Positions 34,385 through 44,473 of a stretch of DNA of 64,000 bases are shown in pieces. The translations under genes and the position numbers were made by a program. The stretch spans positions 151,696 through 215,695 of the forward strand of contig CAMKES010000001.1 in the NCBI GenBank assembly GCA_946411635.1. The letters run 5' to 3'. Within the stretch, counting starts at the first letter, position 1; each line of letters starts with the position of its first letter. Origin of the DNA: an uncultured Clostridia bacterium. GTDB lineage: Bacteria > Bacillota > Clostridia > Christensenellales > CAG-138. The notes under the pieces are model-generated. The model was not told the origin of the DNA and ran no database searches. It saw only the letters and a program-made list of their open reading frames with translations.

Positions 34385-35338
34385 ATGCCGGATCCTGTTT
34401 GTCTCGGGATCGACACGAGCTGTTACACCACCTCGGTCGCATGTGCGAATCAGCAGAGCATCGTTTTCTTTATGGGAACGATGCTTTCCGTGCCTTTGGG
34501 CGGTCGGGGACTTCGACAGTCCGAGGGCTTGTTCCAGCACGTGCGTCAGCTTCCGGATCTTCTGAGCGAACTGTTTTCCGCGGTCGATCGGACCGCGATC
34601 CGCGCAGTCGCCGTCAGCGCCTCGCCGACCTCCCGGGAGGACAGCTATATGCCGGTGTTCCTGGCCGGGCTTTCGCAGGCGCAGGCGCTGTCCGCCGCGT
34701 TGTCCGTTCCGCTGATCCGCGTCGATCATCAGAGCGGGCATATCCGCGCGGCCCTGTTCGGAAACGAATCGCTTCTGGACGCGGACCGGTTTCTCGCGGC
34801 GCACGTCAGCGGGGGAACGACCGATCTGCTGCTCGTTGAGCCGCATCGCGACGCGCCGTATCGCATCGAGCCGGTCGGAACGTCGACCGACCTGCATGCG
34901 GGTCAGTTCGTCGACCGCGTCGGCGTCGCCCTTTCGCTGCCGTTTCCTGCCGGAAAGCATCTGGAAACGCTTGCGGGGAGCGCCGTGCGGAAAAACGTCA
35001 AGCTTCCGAGCGCCGTGAAAGGAACGAACTGTTCGTTTTCCGGCGCGGAATCGGCCGCACAGAGGCTGAAGGGGGCCGTTCCGGACGGAGAGCTTGCGTA
35101 CGGCGTGTACGACTGCCTCAGCCGAACGCTTTCCAAAATGTTCTCCGCCGCGGCGGAGCGGTACGGCGACCTTCCCGTGCTTGTGTGCGGCGGCGTCTCC
35201 TCGTCCGTTCTCCTGCGGAAACTGCTCGGAGAACGGTTCGGCGGCTTGCTGTATTTCGGCAGGCCGGAGTTTTCCTCGGACAACGCCGTCGGCGTCGCGC
35301 TTCTCGGCGCGGATCGGAGCGCAGCATGGAAGAACTGA
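34385..35338 (+). CDS. Kae1/TsaD-family (glycoprotease M22-like) protein
   Basis: 317 aa; GIDTSCYTTSVA (ASKHA phosphate-1 motif), HQSGH metal motif, and C-terminal SDNAVGVA. Confidence 0.7.
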   Translation: MPDPVCLGIDTSCYTTSVACANQQSIVFFMGTMLSVPLGGRGLRQSEGLFQHVRQLPDLLSELFSAVDRTAIRAVAVSASPTSREDSYMPVFLAGLSQAQALSAALSVPLIRVDHQSGHIRAALFGNESLLDADRFLAAHVSGGTTDLLLVEPHRDAPYRIEPVGTSTDLHAGQFVDRVGVALSLPFPAGKHLETLAGSAVRKNVKLPSAVKGTNCSFSGAESAAQRLKGAVPDGELAYGVYDCLSRTLSKMFSAAAERYGDLPVLVCGGVSSSVLLRKLLGERFGGLLYFGRPEFSSDNAVGVALLGADRSAAWKN

Positions 35339-36537
35339 AGCCCGTCTTTTCGGTACATGAACTGAACGAATACGTCGATCTGCTCCTCGGCGTCGATCCG
35401 AATCTCAAGGATCTGACGGTCGAGGGCGAGCTCGAAGCGGTCAAACGGCATTCGTCCGGGCATCTGTATTTCATGCTCAAGGACGAACAGTCGTCGGTCA
35501 ACTGCGTGATGTTCCGGCAGAACGTCATGGGACTGCGGTTTCTTCCGAAGGACGGTCAGCGCGTGCGCATCGCGGGACGCGCAACGCTCTACCCGCGCGA
35601 CGGACGGTTTCAGCTGACGGTCACCGGCATGATGCCGCGCGGCGAGGGCGCGCTGTACGCCGCGTTCGCCGCCTATAAAGAAGAATTAAAACGGCTCGGA
35701 TGGTTCGATGAATCCGAAAAGAAGCCGATCCCGTTTCTGCCGAAGGCCGTCGGGCTTGTAACGAGCGCGGCAGGCGCCGCGCGTCACGACGTGCAGACCG
35801 TCATCGAACGGCGCTTTCCGCTCATGCCGGTCATTCTGTATCCCGCGTCGGTTCAGGGGGCGGGCGCGGCGGAGGAGATCGCGAAGGCGATCGGCGCCGC
35901 GGATGCGGAGCGCCGCTGCGACGTCCTGATCGTCGGACGCGGCGGCGGCAGCATGGAGGACCTCTGGGCGTTCAACGAGCGGCCCGTCGCCGAGGCGATC
36001 CGACGCTGTTCGATCCCGGTCATTTCGGCGGTCGGACATGAAACGGACGTTTCGATCAGCGATTTTGTCGCCGATCTCCGGGCGCCGACGCCGTCGGCCG
36101 CGGCGGAGCTCGCCGTTCCCGAATGGAACGCGCTGAAGGATGCGCTCGCGAATGCGAGGGACCGTCTGTCCGGCGCGCTGCAGAACGGGATCGGGCGCAA
36201 GCGCGACCGGCTCGATCTGATCTGGTCGGACGCCGCGAAGCTTCGCGTACGGCGCGCGATCGAACAGGACCGGCTTGCACTCGACGATTTCCGCGCAAGG
36301 ATGCGTCTGCAGTGCGATCGGACGCTGGAAACGCTGCGTCATCAAACGGAGCGCACGGCGGAGAAGCTTCGCGCCTACAGCCCGCAGCGCACGCTGGAAC
36401 GCGGCTTTGCACTCGTAAGCCGTTCGGACGGCACGATCGTTCAGACGGCGGCGAAGATCGATCTCGGTGAAACGGTCTCGATCCGTTTTGCGGACGGAGC
36501 GGTCCGCGCGGACGTGACCGGAAAGGAAACGATATGA
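35326..36537 (+). CDS. xseA: Exodeoxyribonuclease VII large subunit
   Basis: Start MEELKPVFSVHELNEYV... OB-fold N-terminus, GLVTSAAGAARHD, GRGGGSMEDLWAFN, coiled-coil C-terminus. Confidence 0.92.
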   Translation: MEELKPVFSVHELNEYVDLLLGVDPNLKDLTVEGELEAVKRHSSGHLYFMLKDEQSSVNCVMFRQNVMGLRFLPKDGQRVRIAGRATLYPRDGRFQLTVTGMMPRGEGALYAAFAAYKEELKRLGWFDESEKKPIPFLPKAVGLVTSAAGAARHDVQTVIERRFPLMPVILYPASVQGAGAAEEIAKAIGAADAERRCDVLIVGRGGGSMEDLWAFNERPVAEAIRRCSIPVISAVGHETDVSISDFVADLRAPTPSAAAELAVPEWNALKDALANARDRLSGALQNGIGRKRDRLDLIWSDAAKLRVRRAIEQDRLALDDFRARMRLQCDRTLETLRHQTERTAEKLRAYSPQRTLERGFALVSRSDGTIVQTAAKIDLGETVSIRFADGAVRADVTGKETI

Positions 36538-36731
36538 GCGAAACGAAAACCTACGAACAGAATCAACAGGCGCTGGAGGAGATCGTCGCGCAGCTGGAAA
36601 GCGGGAACGTTCCTCTCGACGAAATGATCCGTCTTTACGAACAGGGCGAGACCCTGTACCGCGCATGCGCCGAAACGCTCGATGCGTACGAAAAGCGGCT
36701 TGCGGCTTTCGAACAGGAGTGCGCAAAATGA
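36534..36731 (+). CDS. xseB: Exodeoxyribonuclease VII small subunit
   Basis: 65 aa; ...YEQNQQALEEIVAQLESGNVPLDEMIRLYEQGE.L...C. ATGA overlap with xseA. Confidence 0.9.
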   Translation: MSETKTYEQNQQALEEIVAQLESGNVPLDEMIRLYEQGETLYRACAETLDAYEKRLAAFEQECAK

Positions 36732-37522
36732 CGCTTTCCGAACGGATCGAACAGGCGCTTCGCGCATACATGGACGCCGACGATTCCGCGCCGCTTTTGC
36801 TCGAGAGCATGCGGTACAGCCTCCTGGACGGCGGCAAGCGCATCCGCCCGTATCTGCTGCTGCGCGTTTCGGAAATGCTCGGCGGCCGCGAAACGGACGC
36901 AATGCCGTTTGCCTGCGCGCTGGAAATGGTGCATTGCTATTCGCTGATCCACGACGATCTTCCTGCGATGGACGACGACGCGATGCGCCGCGGCAAGCCG
37001 AGCAATCACGTGCGCTTCGGCGAGGCGAACGCGATCCTCGCGGGCGACGGTCTGCTGACGAAGGCCGGGCTTCTTCTGATGCGGCAGAACGGCTTCGACG
37101 GCGCGAAGCGCGCGATCTTCGAAGGCGCGTACGCCATGGTCAGCGGGCAGAGCGACGACCTGAATCTGACCGGGCGCGACGCGGAAACGCTGGAACGCAT
37201 CCATCTGCGCAAGACCGGCGCGCTGTTTCGCGCGGCGTGCGTCGCGGGCGCATACTGTTCCGATCCGGAAAAGGCGGAGGAGATGCGGCGGTTCGGCGAC
37301 ACGCTCGGGCTGCTGTTTCAGATGACGGACGACCTCCTTGACGAGGAAAAGGACGCCGCCGAACAAAAACTGACGTACGTGACCTATTACGGCCGCGAAA
37401 AGACCGCCGCGTTTATCGACGACGCGGCACAAAGCGCTCTCGCGCTGCTCTCTCCGTATCGCGGAGAGGCCGCAGACGAGCTTCGGTCGCTTGTCGATGC
37501 GTTACGGAGCAGAACGAACTGA
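36728..37522 (+). CDS. ispA: Polyprenyl (farnesyl) diphosphate synthase
   Basis: Start MTLSERIEQ overlapping the xseB stop. Aspartate-rich motifs LIHDDLPAMDDD and FQMTDDLLD. Confidence 0.9.
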   Translation: MTLSERIEQALRAYMDADDSAPLLLESMRYSLLDGGKRIRPYLLLRVSEMLGGRETDAMPFACALEMVHCYSLIHDDLPAMDDDAMRRGKPSNHVRFGEANAILAGDGLLTKAGLLLMRQNGFDGAKRAIFEGAYAMVSGQSDDLNLTGRDAETLERIHLRKTGALFRAACVAGAYCSDPEKAEEMRRFGDTLGLLFQMTDDLLDEEKDAAEQKLTYVTYYGREKTAAFIDDAAQSALALLSPYRGEAADELRSLVDALRSRTN

Positions 37523-37523
37523 A

Positions 37524-39353
37524 ATGAGCTATCCGCTGCTTGACACGATCAACAGCATACGGGATCTCAAAGCGCTTCCGGAAAAACAGCTTCCGGCGCT
37601 TTGTGAGGAATTGCGCGCGTTTTTGATCGAGCACGTATCGAAAACGGGCGGTCATCTTGCGTCCAGTCTCGGCGCGGTCGAGCTGATCGTCGCCATGCAC
37701 TACGTGTTCGACAGTCCGACGGACAAGCTCGTTTTTGACGTCGGACATCAGGCGTACGTGCACAAGATCCTGACGGGCCGCAAGGATGCGTTCGATACGC
37801 TTCGGAAGGAAGGCGGGCTCTCCGGCTTCCCGAAGCACAGCGAAAGCGTTCACGACGCGTTCGATACGGGCCATGCCAGCACGGCGATCTCCGCGGCGCT
37901 CGGGCTTGCGCGCGCCATGCGCGCAAACGGCGAATCCGGCATGGCGGTCGCTTTGGTCGGCGACGGCGCGATGACCGGAGGACTCTCCTACGAAGCGCTG
38001 GACGACGCGGGCAGCGACAGGATCCCGCTTCTGATCATTCTCAACGACAACCAGATGTCGATCTCGAAAAACGTCGGCGGCATCAAGGACTCGCTGACGA
38101 CGATGCGTACCAACCGCGCGTACAATGCGTTCAAGCGCTCGCTCACCGGCGTGCTGGAAACGAGCCGGTTCGGGAATTTCCTGAGCCGTCATATGGAGCA
38201 GTTCAAAAACCGCCTCAAGCGCTTCTTTGCGCCGAATCTGCCGTTTGAAGAGTTCGGCATCTTGTATCTCGGGCCGATCGACGGGCACGACGTGCGGAAG
38301 ATCATCAAGTACCTGCGCCGCTGCCGCGCGCTGAAAAAGCCCATGATGCTCCACGCGGTGACCACAAAGGGAAAAGGGTATCCGTTCGCCGTCGAGAATC
38401 CGGAAAAATTCCACGGCATCGCGCCGTTCGAGGTCATGACCGGAAAGGTCAGCCCCGAGCGTCAGAAAACCTGTTCCGAGGTGTTCGGCGACACGATGCT
38501 CTCGCTTGCGAAAAAGAACGAAAAGCTCGTCGCGATCACGGCGGCCATGCCGAGCGGAACGGGCCTTACCGAATTTGCGAAGACGTATCCGGACCGGTTT
38601 TACGACGTCGGCATCGCCGAGGCGCATGCCGTCACGATGGCGGCGGGCCTCGCGCGCGGCGGGATGCGCCCCGTCGTCGCGGTCTATTCTTCGTTCCTGC
38701 AGCGCGCGTACGATTCGCTGCTGCACGACGTCTGCCTGCAGAATCTGCCCGTTGTGATCGCGCTCGACCGCGCCGGGCTCGTCGGTGCGGACGGGGAAAC
38801 GCATCAGGGCGTTTATGATCCTGGCTTCCTGTCGACCATGCCGAATCTCGTCGTCTACGCGCCGTCCACACAGCGCGAGATGGTCGCGATGCTCGAAATG
38901 GCCGTTTCGCGCAAAGAACCGGCCGTCGTGCGTTACCCGCGCGGGTCTCTGCCCGATCTTCCGATGAAAAACAAAGTCTTTTTCGGCGAGTGGGAGATCG
39001 TCGAGCCGCTTCAGAAGACGGTGATCGTCACGCACGGAACGCTTCTGCCGCTCGCGAAGTGGATCGCGAAAAAGAACGGCGTCGGTCTCGTGAACGCAAG
39101 ATTCCTGCAGCCGCTTGACGAAGAAATGATCGCGTACTTCCGCGAGAACGGGATCCGCATCCTCGTGATGGAAGAGAACACGGTATCCCTCGGCGAGAAG
39201 ATCGCGCTTGCCGCGAATCCGTGCAGAGTGCGTTCGATCGCGCTTCCGACGGAACCGATCCCGCACGCGTCGGTCGACCGGCAGAGGGAACGGTACGGAT
39301 TCACGGAAGAATCCGTCACAAAGATTTTGAAGGAATTATCGGAGGAAGCATGA
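37524..39353 (+). CDS. dxs: 1-deoxy-D-xylulose-5-phosphate synthase
   Basis: Start MSYPLLDTINS. Motifs GGHLASSLG, DVGHQAYVHK, GDGAMTGG and the transketolase C-terminus. 609 aa. Confidence 0.95.
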   Translation: MSYPLLDTINSIRDLKALPEKQLPALCEELRAFLIEHVSKTGGHLASSLGAVELIVAMHYVFDSPTDKLVFDVGHQAYVHKILTGRKDAFDTLRKEGGLSGFPKHSESVHDAFDTGHASTAISAALGLARAMRANGESGMAVALVGDGAMTGGLSYEALDDAGSDRIPLLIILNDNQMSISKNVGGIKDSLTTMRTNRAYNAFKRSLTGVLETSRFGNFLSRHMEQFKNRLKRFFAPNLPFEEFGILYLGPIDGHDVRKIIKYLRRCRALKKPMMLHAVTTKGKGYPFAVENPEKFHGIAPFEVMTGKVSPERQKTCSEVFGDTMLSLAKKNEKLVAITAAMPSGTGLTEFAKTYPDRFYDVGIAEAHAVTMAAGLARGGMRPVVAVYSSFLQRAYDSLLHDVCLQNLPVVIALDRAGLVGADGETHQGVYDPGFLSTMPNLVVYAPSTQREMVAMLEMAVSRKEPAVVRYPRGSLPDLPMKNKVFFGEWEIVEPLQKTVIVTHGTLLPLAKWIAKKNGVGLVNARFLQPLDEEMIAYFRENGIRILVMEENTVSLGEKIALAANPCRVRSIALPTEPIPHASVDRQRERYGFTEESVTKILKELSEEA

Positions 39354-40171
39354 CGAAGGTTCGCCTGGATCTGGAAATGGTATCGCGAGGGCTTTGCCCC
39401 TCGCGTGAGAAGGCGCGCGCGCTGATCCTTGCGGGGGAAGTCCGCGTCAACGGCGTCCGGGCGGAAAAGGCGGGGCAGGAGATCCCATCCGACGCGGAGA
39501 TCGCCGTCGTTGAAGACGCGATCCCGTTCGTCAGCCGCGGCGGTCTGAAACTGGACAAGGCGATCCGGACGTTTCCGATCGATCTTTCCGACCGCGTCTG
39601 CGCCGACGTCGGCGCTTCCACCGGCGGGTTTACGGACGTCATGCTGAAAAACGGCGCGAAGCACGTTTATGCCATCGACGTCGGATACGGACAGCTCGAC
39701 TGGTCGCTTCGCAACGATCCGCGCGTGACCGTCATGGAGCGCACCAACGCGCGCTTTATGGAAAAGGCCTGGTTCCCGGACCCGATCAGCTTCGCCTCGA
39801 TCGACGTTTCCTTCATCTCGCTTCGTCTGATCCTTCCGCCTTTGTTCGGCTCGCTCGAGGAGGAGTCGGAGGTCGTTGCGCTGATCAAACCGCAGTTCGA
39901 AGCGGGCCGCGCGGAGATCGGCAAGAACGGCGTTGTTCGCGACGCATCGGTCCATGAACGCGTGATCCGCGACGTGCTTGCATTTGCGGACGGCGTGGGA
40001 TTTGAGGTATCCGGGCTCTCGTTTTCTCCGATCACGGGACCGAAAGGGAATATTGAATTCCTTTTATACATGAAAAAGACCGGTACCAAAAATGACGCAA
40101 GCTTGCATAAAGTTTCCGATTCTGTTGCCGAAATCGTTAAAAATGCCCATTTGATCGGGAAAAACTGTTAA
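39350..40171 (+). CDS. tlyA: TlyA-family rRNA 2'-O-methyltransferase (hemolysin A-like)
   Basis: Start MTKVRLDLEMVSRGL (S4 domain), overlapping the dxs stop. SAM motif CADVGASTGGFTD. Confidence 0.88.
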   Translation: MTKVRLDLEMVSRGLCPSREKARALILAGEVRVNGVRAEKAGQEIPSDAEIAVVEDAIPFVSRGGLKLDKAIRTFPIDLSDRVCADVGASTGGFTDVMLKNGAKHVYAIDVGYGQLDWSLRNDPRVTVMERTNARFMEKAWFPDPISFASIDVSFISLRLILPPLFGSLEEESEVVALIKPQFEAGRAEIGKNGVVRDASVHERVIRDVLAFADGVGFEVSGLSFSPITGPKGNIEFLLYMKKTGTKNDASLHKVSDSVAEIVKNAHLIGKNC

Positions 40172-40189
40172 ATATTATTCATATTTACC

Positions 40190-40218
40190 TTGCAAATCTG
40201 ATCAATCGATTGTATAAT
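40190..40218 (+). promoter_or_regulatory. sigma-A type promoter (TTGCAA-17-TATAAT)
   Basis: TTGCAA at 40190-40195, 17-nt spacer, TATAAT at 40213-40218. Upstream of nadK. Confidence 0.7.
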
Positions 40219-40252
40219 ATACCCACAATATTCACAGGTGGGAGGTTGCGCT

Positions 40253-41038
40253 ATGCACCTTTACTTTGCGGCGCGTGCCGGCAAGGCCTCGCTTGTGTCT
40301 GCCTGTAAACGAATGATGAAAGCGGCCGAGAACGCGGGATTCACCTGCTCGCTGCTTTCGGACGGTATCGTGAACGATTCCGCGGACGCGTCCGTGATCA
40401 TTGCGGTCGGAGGGGACGGCAATCTGATCCGGACGGCGCACGTCGCCTGCCGGGAGGATCTTCCTCTGTTCGGCGTGAACTGCGGACGGATCGGATTCCT
40501 CACCGAATGGACCGAGGACCGTTTCCCGGAAGCGCTTCAGAAACTCGCGAAAGGCGACTTCACGATCGAGACGCGTTCGATGCTGACCGTTTCGGTCAAC
40601 GGCGAGCGTATGCGCGACTGTTTCAACGATCTGCTTGTCTACAAGCATTCGTTTTCCGGCGTAGCGAAGATTTCGCTTTCGCTGAACGGGCAGGAAATGG
40701 GCGATCTGTTCGGGGACGGCGCCGTCGTTGCCACGTCGACCGGCGCAACGGGCTATTCGCTGTCCGCGGGCGGTCCGATCCTTGCGGACGGGATCGATGC
40801 GATGGTCATCACGCCGATCTGCGCGCATACGCTGCATTTCCGGCCTGTCGTCTCCTCGATCTCTTCCGAGATCGCGATCGTGATGGGGGACCGCGGTCAT
40901 CTGGCCGCGGACGGAGATAGATTCCGCGCGGTTTCCGCAGGAGACCGCATCACGGTGACACGCTCTGATAAGGTCGTGCGTCTGATGACGTTCGGGACGC
41001 GCAATCTGTTCAGACTGATCACCGAAAAACTGACATGA
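40253..41038 (+). CDS. nadK: NAD kinase
   Basis: ATG with SD GGGAGG. Motifs GGDGNLIR, NCGRIGFL, STGATGYSLSAGGPI. Confidence 0.9.
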   Translation: MHLYFAARAGKASLVSACKRMMKAAENAGFTCSLLSDGIVNDSADASVIIAVGGDGNLIRTAHVACREDLPLFGVNCGRIGFLTEWTEDRFPEALQKLAKGDFTIETRSMLTVSVNGERMRDCFNDLLVYKHSFSGVAKISLSLNGQEMGDLFGDGAVVATSTGATGYSLSAGGPILADGIDAMVITPICAHTLHFRPVVSSISSEIAIVMGDRGHLAADGDRFRAVSAGDRITVTRSDKVVRLMTFGTRNLFRLITEKLT

Positions 41039-41049
41039 GGGTAAGGATT

Positions 41050-41499
41050 ATGAAACCGAAAAGACATGCAATGATTTTAAAACTGATCGCTGCGGAGAAT
41101 ATCGAAACGCAGGAGGAACTTGCTTCGCTTCTGAGCGCGCAGGGGTTCACGGTCACGCAGGCGACCGTTTCGCGCGACATTAAGGAACTGCGGCTGATCA
41201 AGGTCCTGACCGGCGAGGGGCGGTATAAGTATGCGACCGTCGAGAAAGCAGAATCCGATCTGCAGGAGCGCTTTATCCGGCTGTTCAGCAATTGCGTCGT
41301 ATCGATCACTTCGGCGGGCAATCTGATCGTCGTCAAGACCATGGCGGGCAGCGCAGCCGTTGCGGCGGAAGCGATCGACTCGATGAAATGGCCGGAGATC
41401 GCCGGATCCATCGCGGGCGACAATACCATTTTCGTTGCGGTCCGCGAAGGCAAGAACGTTTCCGACATCATCAAGAAGTTCCAGAAAATGATGAAATAG
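41050..41499 (+). CDS. argR: Arginine repressor
   Basis: MKPKRHAMILKLIAAENIETQEELASLLSAQGFTVTQATVSRDIKEL, plus C-terminal GTIAGDNTIFV. The start could instead be 41035. Confidence 0.9.
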   Translation: MKPKRHAMILKLIAAENIETQEELASLLSAQGFTVTQATVSRDIKELRLIKVLTGEGRYKYATVEKAESDLQERFIRLFSNCVVSITSAGNLIVVKTMAGSAAVAAEAIDSMKWPEIAGSIAGDNTIFVAVREGKNVSDIIKKFQKMMK

Positions 41500-41510
41500 C
41501 GGAGGGCGTC

Positions 41511-43184
41511 GTGCTCACACGTTTACAAGTTACGAATATTGCTTTGATAGATAAGTCCGACATTGCTTTCGATGCGGGCTTTTCTGTATTGACCGGCGAA
41601 ACCGGCGCGGGCAAATCGATCCTGATCGAATCGGTCAGCTTCGTGCTCGGCGAGCGCGCGAGCCGGGAAAGCATCCGCACCGGCGCGGACAAGGCGTCCG
41701 TCGAGGCGACGTTCCTGCTTTCGCAGGATTCGCCGGCGCGCGCGTTTCTCGAGGAACACGGGTTTGACGCTGGCGACGAACTGGTGCTGTACCGCGAGCT
41801 GTCCGCAAGCGGCAGAAACGTCTGCCGGATCAACGGCACGCTGGTCAACACCGCCGAGATGAAAGCGCTCGGCGACCTGCTTGTCGATCTGCACGGTCAG
41901 CATGCGCACCAGTCGCTGCTGAATCCGGAAACGCATCTCGCGCTGATCGACGCGTTCGGGAAATGCAATGCGGACGGGCTCGCGACCGAAGTCGAAACGG
42001 CCAGGCAGACGGCGATCAAGGCGCAGAGAGATCTTGCGATCCTGAACAAGGGACTTCGCGAACGCGAACGCCGGCTCGACACGCTCCGCTATCAGATCAG
42101 GGAGATCGACGCCGTTTCTCCGGTCGACGGCGAGGAGGAACAGCTCGAAGCGGACTGTCTCCGCATGCGCAACGCGGAAGCGATCATGGAAGGGCTCAAC
42201 GCAGCATACGACGCGCTGTTTGCCGACGGCGGCGCGCTTTCCGCGCTGACCGACGCGCGCGAAGCGCTTCAGCGGATCGGCGAATACGACGGGGAATACC
42301 GCGCCCTTTCCGCGCGCACGGACGAAGCGTACTACTCGATCGAAGACGTGGCGTACGAGCTGCGCGACGGAAAGGACTCCTTCCGGTTCGATCCTGATCT
42401 GCTGGAACAGACCGAAAGCCGGCTTGCTGCGATCCGCAATCTGAAGCGCAAATACGGCGCGACGGTCTCCGAGGTGCTCGCGTACCGGGAAAAAATCGGA
42501 GAGGAAGCGTCGATCCTCGAAAACGGGGACAAACAGGTCGAAGTTCTGGAACACGCCTGCGCGCAGGCGATCGACGCGTTCGCGCGCGCCGCGAAGCGCC
42601 TTTCGGAACGCAGAAAAGCCGCATCGGACAAACTGCTTGCCGAAACCGTCCGTCACCTTTGCGAGATGGGCATGCCGCATGCAAAGATGGAGACCGCTTT
42701 TTCCGAACTTCCGGCGGAGCAGCTCTCCGAAACCGGGATCGATACGGTCGAATTCCTGCTCTCCGCAAACCGCGGCGAACCGGTCAAGCCGCTCGTCAAG
42801 GTCGCGAGCGGCGGCGAGATGTCGCGCATCATGCTCGCCATGAAGGCGGCGCTTTCCGACGCCGACCGAATCGAAACGCTCGTGTTCGACGAGATCGACA
42901 CCGGCATTTCCGGCATGGTCGCCAATGCCGTCGCCGAGAAAATGCGCGCGCTCGGCCGAAAGCATCAGGTCCTCTGCGTGACGCATTTGCCGCAGATCGC
43001 CGCGTACGCCGACACGCAGTACGTCGCGTACAAGTATTCCGACGCGGAAAAGACGCACAGCGTGACCCGCAGACTGACCGAAGCGGAGCGTCCCAAGGAG
43101 CTCGCGCGCATCATGGGAAGCGGCGAAACCGATCTCGCCGCGATGGAACACGCGCGTCTGCTGCTGCAAACCGCGCGAAAATAA
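41511..43184 (+). CDS. recN: DNA repair protein RecN
   Basis: GTG start with SD GGAGGG. LTRLQVTNIALIDK...LTGETGAGKSILIES, long coiled coil, and C-terminal signature ASGGEMSRIMLA...VFDEIDTGISG. Confidence 0.93.
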   Translation: MLTRLQVTNIALIDKSDIAFDAGFSVLTGETGAGKSILIESVSFVLGERASRESIRTGADKASVEATFLLSQDSPARAFLEEHGFDAGDELVLYRELSASGRNVCRINGTLVNTAEMKALGDLLVDLHGQHAHQSLLNPETHLALIDAFGKCNADGLATEVETARQTAIKAQRDLAILNKGLRERERRLDTLRYQIREIDAVSPVDGEEEQLEADCLRMRNAEAIMEGLNAAYDALFADGGALSALTDAREALQRIGEYDGEYRALSARTDEAYYSIEDVAYELRDGKDSFRFDPDLLEQTESRLAAIRNLKRKYGATVSEVLAYREKIGEEASILENGDKQVEVLEHACAQAIDAFARAAKRLSERRKAASDKLLAETVRHLCEMGMPHAKMETAFSELPAEQLSETGIDTVEFLLSANRGEPVKPLVKVASGGEMSRIMLAMKAALSDADRIETLVFDEIDTGISGMVANAVAEKMRALGRKHQVLCVTHLPQIAAYADTQYVAYKYSDAEKTHSVTRRLTEAERPKELARIMGSGETDLAAMEHARLLLQTARK

Positions 43185-43197
43185 AGATCATTCATGC

Positions 43198-43222
43198 AAA
43201 GCCTCCGCAGGGAGGCTTTTTT
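43198..43222 (+). terminator. Rho-independent terminator after recN
   Basis: Hairpin AAAGCCTCC-gca-GGGAGGCTTT followed by a T-run. Confidence 0.85.
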
Positions 43223-43251
43223 GTATGGAACCCGAAAAGCGGCGCACGATA
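43223..43251 (+). promoter_or_regulatory. Candidate forespore (sigma-G/F type) promoter for spoIVB
   Basis: GTATG-17 nt-CACGATA, versus sigma-G consensus GnATR-17/18-CATnnTA. B. subtilis spoIVB is sigma-F/G dependent. Confidence 0.4.
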
Positions 43252-43273
43252 GGAAAAAAAGGAGTTGAATCGA

Positions 43274-44473
43274 ATGAAACGTTTCCTGCGCGCGCTTTCC
43301 GCCGTACTGACGGCGATCGTTCTCGGATGGTACTGCGCGCCGTCCGTTTACCGTGTTCTGCATCTTCCCGGGACCGTCGCATCCGAAGCGCAGCTGACCG
43401 CTCCGACGCTGTTCGCGCGCTCCGGCGCGTATTCCGTTCGCGAGAGCGGCGACGAACGTCTGCACTCGCGATCTTCCGTCATTTGTACGGCGTCGCTTTT
43501 CGGCATGCTTCCGCTCCGCTCGTTCACGGTCGAAAACGGACTTCCCGAGGTTTGTCTCGGCGGCAGCGCAGTCGGGATCGTTCTGCAGACGAACGGCGTG
43601 CAGATCGTCGGGATCGAATCGTTTGACACGGTCTCCGGCAAAGCGTCTCCGGCGGCGGATGCGGGTCTGGCGGAGGGCGACATGATCTGCACGGTAAACG
43701 GAACGCGCGTGACGGACGCCGCATCGTTCGCCGCGCTCTGCAGAGCGTCCGGCCGCTGCGAGCTTTCCTGCCTGCGCGACGGCAAACCGTTCGCCGCGAC
43801 GCTGATCCCCGCAAAAGACCTCGACGGAACGCGGCGGGTCGGCGTGTGGGTGCGCGACAGCACCTCCGGCATCGGCACGCTTTCGTTCTATGAGGAAGCG
43901 ACGGGCGCGTACGCCGCGCTCGGTCACGGCGTTACGGACGTGGACACCGGCAAGATGCTTTCTCCCGCGCGGGGATTTCTGACGGCGGCGACGGTTTTGT
44001 ATGCACGGAAGGGCGACGGCAGCACGGCGGGGGAACTGATCGGGAATTTCTCGACCGAACGGTCGGACGCGATCGCCACGGTGGAACGGAACACGACCTT
44101 CGGCATCGCGGGCGTACTGTCGGAGCCGCCTCTCCTTTCACCGGGTTCTGCGCAGATCGCGCCGGCCGCAGCGGCGCATACGGGCGACGCGTCCGTTCTG
44201 ACCGCGGTCGACGGCGTTGTTCGCGCATATTCCGCGCGCGTGATCCGCACCGACGTGCAATCGGCGCCGGAAACGCGCGGGATGATGATCGAGATCACCG
44301 ATCCGGTCCTGTTGGAACGGACGGGCGGGATCGTGCAGGGAATGAGCGGCAGCCCGGTTCTGCAGGACGGAAAACTGATCGGCGTCGTTACCCACGTGTT
44401 TTTGAATCGCCCGGCGCGGGGATATTGTCTGTACGCGGAGTGGATGGCGGACGAACTGCTTCCCGCGTCATGA
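43274..44473 (+). CDS. spoIVB: SpoIVB peptidase (S55 signalling serine protease)
   Basis: ATG with SD AAAGGAG. Signal anchor, PDZ region (AGLAEGDMICTVNG), and catalytic Ser region GIVQGMSGSPVLQDGKLIGVVTHVF. Confidence 0.9.
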   Translation: MKRFLRALSAVLTAIVLGWYCAPSVYRVLHLPGTVASEAQLTAPTLFARSGAYSVRESGDERLHSRSSVICTASLFGMLPLRSFTVENGLPEVCLGGSAVGIVLQTNGVQIVGIESFDTVSGKASPAADAGLAEGDMICTVNGTRVTDAASFAALCRASGRCELSCLRDGKPFAATLIPAKDLDGTRRVGVWVRDSTSGIGTLSFYEEATGAYAALGHGVTDVDTGKMLSPARGFLTAATVLYARKGDGSTAGELIGNFSTERSDAIATVERNTTFGIAGVLSEPPLLSPGSAQIAPAAAAHTGDASVLTAVDGVVRAYSARVIRTDVQSAPETRGMMIEITDPVLLERTGGIVQGMSGSPVLQDGKLIGVVTHVFLNRPARGYCLYAEWMADELLPAS

